From Antedon mediterranea (taxonomy: Eukaryota > Animalia > Echinodermata), in NCBI RefSeq assembly GCF_964355755.1, contig NC_092671.1, positions 33,180,304 to 33,244,303 of the forward strand: a stretch of 64,000 bases of DNA. Direction: 5' to 3'. Under the pieces are notes generated by a model. It had not been told where the DNA came from, made no database searches, and worked only from the letters and a program-made list of their open reading frames with translations. The translations under genes and the position numbers were made by a program. Shown piece after piece: positions 59,321-64,000 of the stretch; the first letter of the stretch is position 1; every line of letters begins with the position of its first letter.

Positions 59321-61673
59321 TTCGCATGGCAACGAAGTATTGAGGGCGCCGTCCAAAATATGACTGCGGTAAATTTGAGCGAAGCGCAGGTACGTGTTGC
59401 TTGGTGCTTGGCTACCTAGGCCTAGCGTAACATCAAAGCGAGTGAGAACTTTAAAAACTGCTATTTATCAAAATTGACCTGGTATTTTAGTAAATTACTT
59501 TAGTAAATTACTTTCAATAAATCTATAATTATATTATAATCATGAATCATTCCTGATTCAAATGCAAAATGTGCAAAATAGATTTACGAATATGACTGGT
59601 GATATTCGTCAACACGAATACGCTTGATTAAAACATAAAACTGGCAACATGAACATTGTGAATATCCGTTAATTTTAATATACCAAGACGTTTAAAAAGG
59701 GGTTCAGATGAGGTTCTAAATGGTGAAAAGGTAATAATTCTAGCTGCACGTTTTTGTAATTTAGTTAATCTAGCAAAAGCCTATTAGAAGATAAATCTGT
59801 AGCCCAAATAATTTTACAATAATGGAAATACGGAAGGACAGGTGTGTTATAAAGTCTGTAAATAATACTAATAGATCTTGAAATTTTTTTCGAAATGTAA
59901 TTTTGATGACTGACCTATTTGAGGTTTTCATGAATATATACACCTAAAAAAAGAGACGAGGGCACCCACCAACTCAGTCACGTGTGTATGACCCTGTCAT
60001 TAAACAGAATAGGCCCTCTAGAGGTCAGTCTGTTTGATGATAGATCGTCATTATTTCTGAAGAAGCTGTCCGATCAGGACAGCGAAACTGTCAAGGTTAG
60101 TTTTTACTAATTATTGGTTTGGAAAAAAGAATATTTTCAAGATAACCATATTGGCGGTTAAGTATATCACATTTTGTGAGATAATCAGAAAGTTTAGAAT
60201 ACATTAGTTTTTCAATAATTTTGGAAAAGACTGAAAGTAGTGATATTTGCCTTCGTTCACCTTTCTTGAAAATGGGCACAACTACTTTAGCTAGTTTTAA
60301 GTGTGTTGGAAAAGTGCCAGATAAAAAAGATGAATTTAAACAATGGGTAAGTAGGTGGATGATTAAGGGAGATACAGATTTTAAGACACGAGCATTAATA
60401 CCGTCAGATCCAGACCCTTTATTAGGATTTAGATTGTATATAATTGGTTAACTGTTAAATCAATTGAAACTGGGCTAATATAAAATGATTTTGCAAACGC
60501 AGGATGAAGATAAGATAATGGATCAGTTAAATTAGTTGCCATACTATTAATAATATTAGGACCAATTGTAGAAAAATAGTTGTTAAACGATTCACATTTC
60601 TTGTTGAGTTTTGTAAATATTATTACCGTCTTTAATTAGATTCGGGTGTTTGTTATTATTATTACCTTTATTTTTAAAATGTAGTTCACGGAAACATAAG
60701 CTCTATAACAAATATGTGCACACATGTAATAATGACAAACTAAACTATAAAAAATATAATAACATTTTCACTAATCTTTGTCGCACTGCTAAAAAGAATT
60801 ATTATACTTTCTAGTTTGATAGATATAAAGGTAATCTGAAGAATACATGGCTTGTAATAAGTTTCGTTTTAAGAGAGAAGATGACATCCATGGTTGTTTA
60901 AACGTTTTATTTGATTTTATGCTACTTTTAATCAAGTGTCTGGAGTGGATATTTTGTACATTTTTCAAGAAATGCATCAAAACTCAATCTTGGGTCACAA
61001 TGAAATATCATAGATCAGTCTTCACCTTATAAATCAATCGATAAGGCATTTAGGTCTTTTATACGATATGAATAGTTGGCACTATTATCATCGAGGTTTT
61101 GCTCATTATTTTCTTGATCAATGAACTGAATATAGGAAGGTGGTCGGAGATATCATTAAGTAAAACACCAGCAACTATTTTATAGTTAGATTGTTTGGAA
61201 TAAAAATGATCAATCTTTGAGTTTTCAATCTCAACCAAAAGTGATTCGGAAAGGTCATATGGTAATTTTAAATCATTTCGAATTGGAATGGTTATATCAT
61301 TACGTATAAAAAATGCAACTCCTCCACCAATTTGATTATTGCATCTATTACTTGCAAAGAAGGAGTAGTTGTTAATGAATGGAATAGGGAGTTTTCATTA
61401 AGCCATGTTTCACTGATACCGATTATGGAAATGTGTTATTAATTGAATTTGAGATTGTTAACTTTGTGCGTAATGCTTCTAATATTAAGATGCAGGAGGG
61501 ATATTAAAGGATGTATTAAACTTAGAATCAAATTGTGAACAATCATAAAAGCTGCATTCATCTAGGGAAACTGACTGTGAATTAAGATTCATCATGTTTG
61601 TCATTTTCAATTAACTGGATTAAATAAAAGGTTATGTTAGAAATATCATTGTTAATGGTAAGTTCAGAGTTCA

Positions 61674-62130
61674 CATTAAAGTCATAAAAAGGAATTAGGC
61701 CTAAGTGAAAATAATTAACATTCAATAGCTGAGTAGAACGTTATCTAAAAAGAAATACAGCAATAAGCATGCATGCATGAGACTGTATACATTAATACAT
61801 AATTAATAAGAAGCAAAATAAACAATTCTTGAAATAAATGTAAAGTTAATGATGGCGACGACTAGAATTACTCAGTAGATTCGGGGGCATTAAAGTCATA
61901 AAAAGGAAGTAATATAAAATAATTAACATTCGTTAACAATAGCTGAGTAAAACGTTATCTAAAAAAGAAATACAGTAATAAGCATGCATGAGACTGTATA
62001 CATTAATACATAATTAATAAGAAGCAAAATAAACAATTCGTGAAATAAAAATTAATTATATAGGTAATATTTCGGTTGGAGGTAAGTCAATGTAAAGTTA
62101 ATGATGGCAAAGACTAGAATTACTCAGTAG
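61674..62130. repeat. Diverged tandem duplication of the LINE inter-ORF spacer (61674-61878, 61888-62130)
   Basis: CATTAAAGTCATAAAAAGGAA...GACTAGAATTACTCAGTAG is present twice with indels. Confidence 0.88.
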
Positions 62131-63144
62131 CTTCGGGTGCATGTGCTTCCTTGAGGTTCGGGTAGTATTTAGCAAGATGATCCATGTCGATGAATGTGCC
62201 TTTCTTTTACTTATCACTTGTAAAATCATCATTTACGTAGATGATGTTATCTTTAAATCCAGGTCTAAGTTTTGGAGCTGCCTTGAGTACTCTTTCTTTA
62301 GTGGAATATCTGAGAAAGTATGCAGCAATTGGTCTCGGTTTATCTCTGGTGGTATTACGTGGTCCAACTCGATGGGCTCGTTAGATATCATCATTAGCGA
62401 TTTTGATGCCGGTGGTATTGGAAATAAAAGAGGAAAGAAATTAACAGTAGGCCTACCTTTGCTATCCTCCGCTTGTTCGGGTATGCCAGTAAACCAGCGT
62501 TGACGTCCTTCAAGGTTGTCGATTTTGTCGCGTATCTCATCCATGCATTCTGTAGTGGATTGTAGCGTATGCTCAGCAATATCCTTCAGCTTAACATCCA
62601 CAAAATCAGAATTGTCCTGCATATCTGTGTGCAATTTCCTCAGTTCTTTTTGTACCAGTGATTTCAAGATTGAGGATGGTAATGTCTTTTTCGAAAGAGA
62701 CAATCTTGGTGACTGCGTCGCATAATAACCAGCAATGGTTTTGCAGCCCATGATTGACTTGATGAGATTTGGCAGCCAGGTGTTCTGTTCAACGGTGCTA
62801 ATATTTAAATTAGAAGTATTTGGCTCGTTGTTTTCCATGTTGGCCATTGTAAAAATTTAGTTAGAATAAATAACGAAAGTGTACTTATAATTAATGCAAC
62901 CGATACATTCACTATCCAGGTAGGTATACTGGTCGCATGCAGTTAGTAGCTTATCCGTGCAACATGCTATCACAGGTAAACGAGTACTGTATCTAAAAAC
63001 GTATACGTCTGCACTCAACTACGAACTAAGGATTTTAAAAATGTACTTATACCTATTTACACCAAATAATAAATAAATAATAAGAGATCAGACCAGTGTA
63101 TCAAATCAAACAATGGTAAATATATAAGCTAAATGTGTATAGGT

Positions 63145-63250
63145 ACTTACATTCCGAATCATCTAGGCCAACTTAAACATGTGTGTGTTCTTTATCGCGC
63201 TGATAAACAAGTTACGATGCAGTCGCTTGGGTATTATCGATTTGAACTGA
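63145..63250 (-). promoter_or_regulatory. Candidate TSS and non-coding first exon of the fusion gene
   Basis: Inr-like TCAGTT on the - strand at 63250-63245, locally CpG-richer, strong donor GTAAGT at 63150-63145. The acceptor at 58372 needs an upstream exon. Confidence 0.4.
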
Positions 63251-63362
63251 AGCGGCCAACGCCAAACAAGTCATTATAGGGATATGAATATGCATAGTTT
63301 TAACAGGGTAAATAGGGTTAACAGTGTTAACAGGGGTAACACTTTTTTAAATGGTTAAAATG

Positions 63363-63722
63363 GTTTTAGGAGGACGTTCTGGATTGGACGTTTTCGGTCG
63401 GTTACCATTTTATTGAAATGCTTGATATTCTTAAAACTAAACCTACTCTGTTTCACAGTGTCTTAGATGATTTATAACATTTTAAAGTGTAGTGTTTATT
63501 GTTTGGTAGTGCCCTTATATGGGGATGCGGAGTTCATTTGAGGAAGGTGCTTATTATTCGAGGGATATGTTTAATTTTTTAGTTGTAATAATATGGTAAC
63601 GTTTATAATCAAATAAAATCCTCTAATAGATATGAAAAGTGGTAACAAAGAATTAGAAATGGTTGGTAAATTGTAGAACAGTCCGATGAATTCTACTACT
63701 AATTGTATAATTATGCTATAAT
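63363..63722. repeat. Second copy of the 33.7-kb (Helitron-like) repeat body
   Basis: GTTTTAG.AGGAC.TTCTGG..TGGAC..TTCGGT.GGTTACCATT..AAAACTAAAC.TACTC..AGTGTCTTAGATGATT..GGTAAATTGTA.AACAGTCCGA is shared with 33700-33910, with an extra ~160-bp insert. Confidence 0.75.
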
Positions 63723-63752
63723 TACTTACTATACTTACTATAATATACTTAC

Positions 63753-64000
63753 TTTAACGTCTACAATGTTGAGAAGGTGATTAATGGACTTTCGTCTAAT
63801 AAATCTCCAGGTCCTGATTCCGTGCATCCATACATATTGAAATCTGTTTCCGAATTTATTGCTCCACCATTATTTAATTTGTTTAACTTGTCCCTGCGTA
63901 TTATGGGGGAAATCCCCGCTAAGTGGAAAATGTCCCATATCACTCCTATATTTAAATCTGGTGATAAAAATGCAATTTGTAATTACAGACCAATATCCCT
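63753..64000 (+). mobile_element. CR1-group LINE ORF2 fragment running off the window
   Basis: Open frame FNVYNVEKVINGLSSNKSPGPDSVHPYILK..GEIPAKWKMSHITPIFKSGDK..NYRPIS. Confidence 0.85.

Larger units (their letters stand above)
58520..62850 (-). mobile_element. Near full-length but decayed L2-group (Crack/Daphne-like) LINE with ORF1
   Basis: ORF1 62847-62233 (coiled coil, IDNLEGRQR..GIPE); endonuclease pieces LHLNIRS, IGISETW, GGGVAFF, SDHLP at 61.1-61.5 kb; RT pieces KLAKVVPIFKKG, ISLLSVFSKIIEK, LQKRAARII; A-rich 3' tail near 58530. Confidence 0.8.

Overview
AT-rich (roughly one-third GC by eye) animal genomic DNA, probably a marine invertebrate. That is an inference from the spliceosomal introns, tRNA-headed Nin/Deu-domain SINEs and L2/CR1 LINEs. 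There are no prokaryotic features, rRNA, true tRNA or CRISPR. Two spliced protein-coding genes converge tail-to-tail. (1) A + strand vasopressin/oxytocin-type GPCR with 2 coding exons (38538-39495, 42910-43214; 420 aa), in which several normally conserved ligand-pocket residues are changed. (2) A - strand gene with 6 coding exons (58368 to 48969; 496 aa), which I assembled by hand with phase-consistent GT-AG junctions. It encodes an N-terminal signal anchor, an FkbM-like SAM methyltransferase domain and an apparently catalytically dead NodB/CE4 deacetylase-like domain, making it a candidate secretory-pathway glycan O-methyltransferase. The rest is repeat-rich: an L2-group LINE with an open 2.7-kb ORF2, several decayed LINEs, SINEs, hAT and Harbinger-like MITEs with visible TIRs/TSDs, Helentron/Helitron-like elements and several minisatellites, two of which visibly arose from a SINE and from a MITE end. 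A hidden signal runs across the whole window: the palindrome TAGGCCTA occurs at least 31 times versus under 1 expected. Paralogous comparisons suggest it is inserted at TA sites, like a transposon excision footprint.
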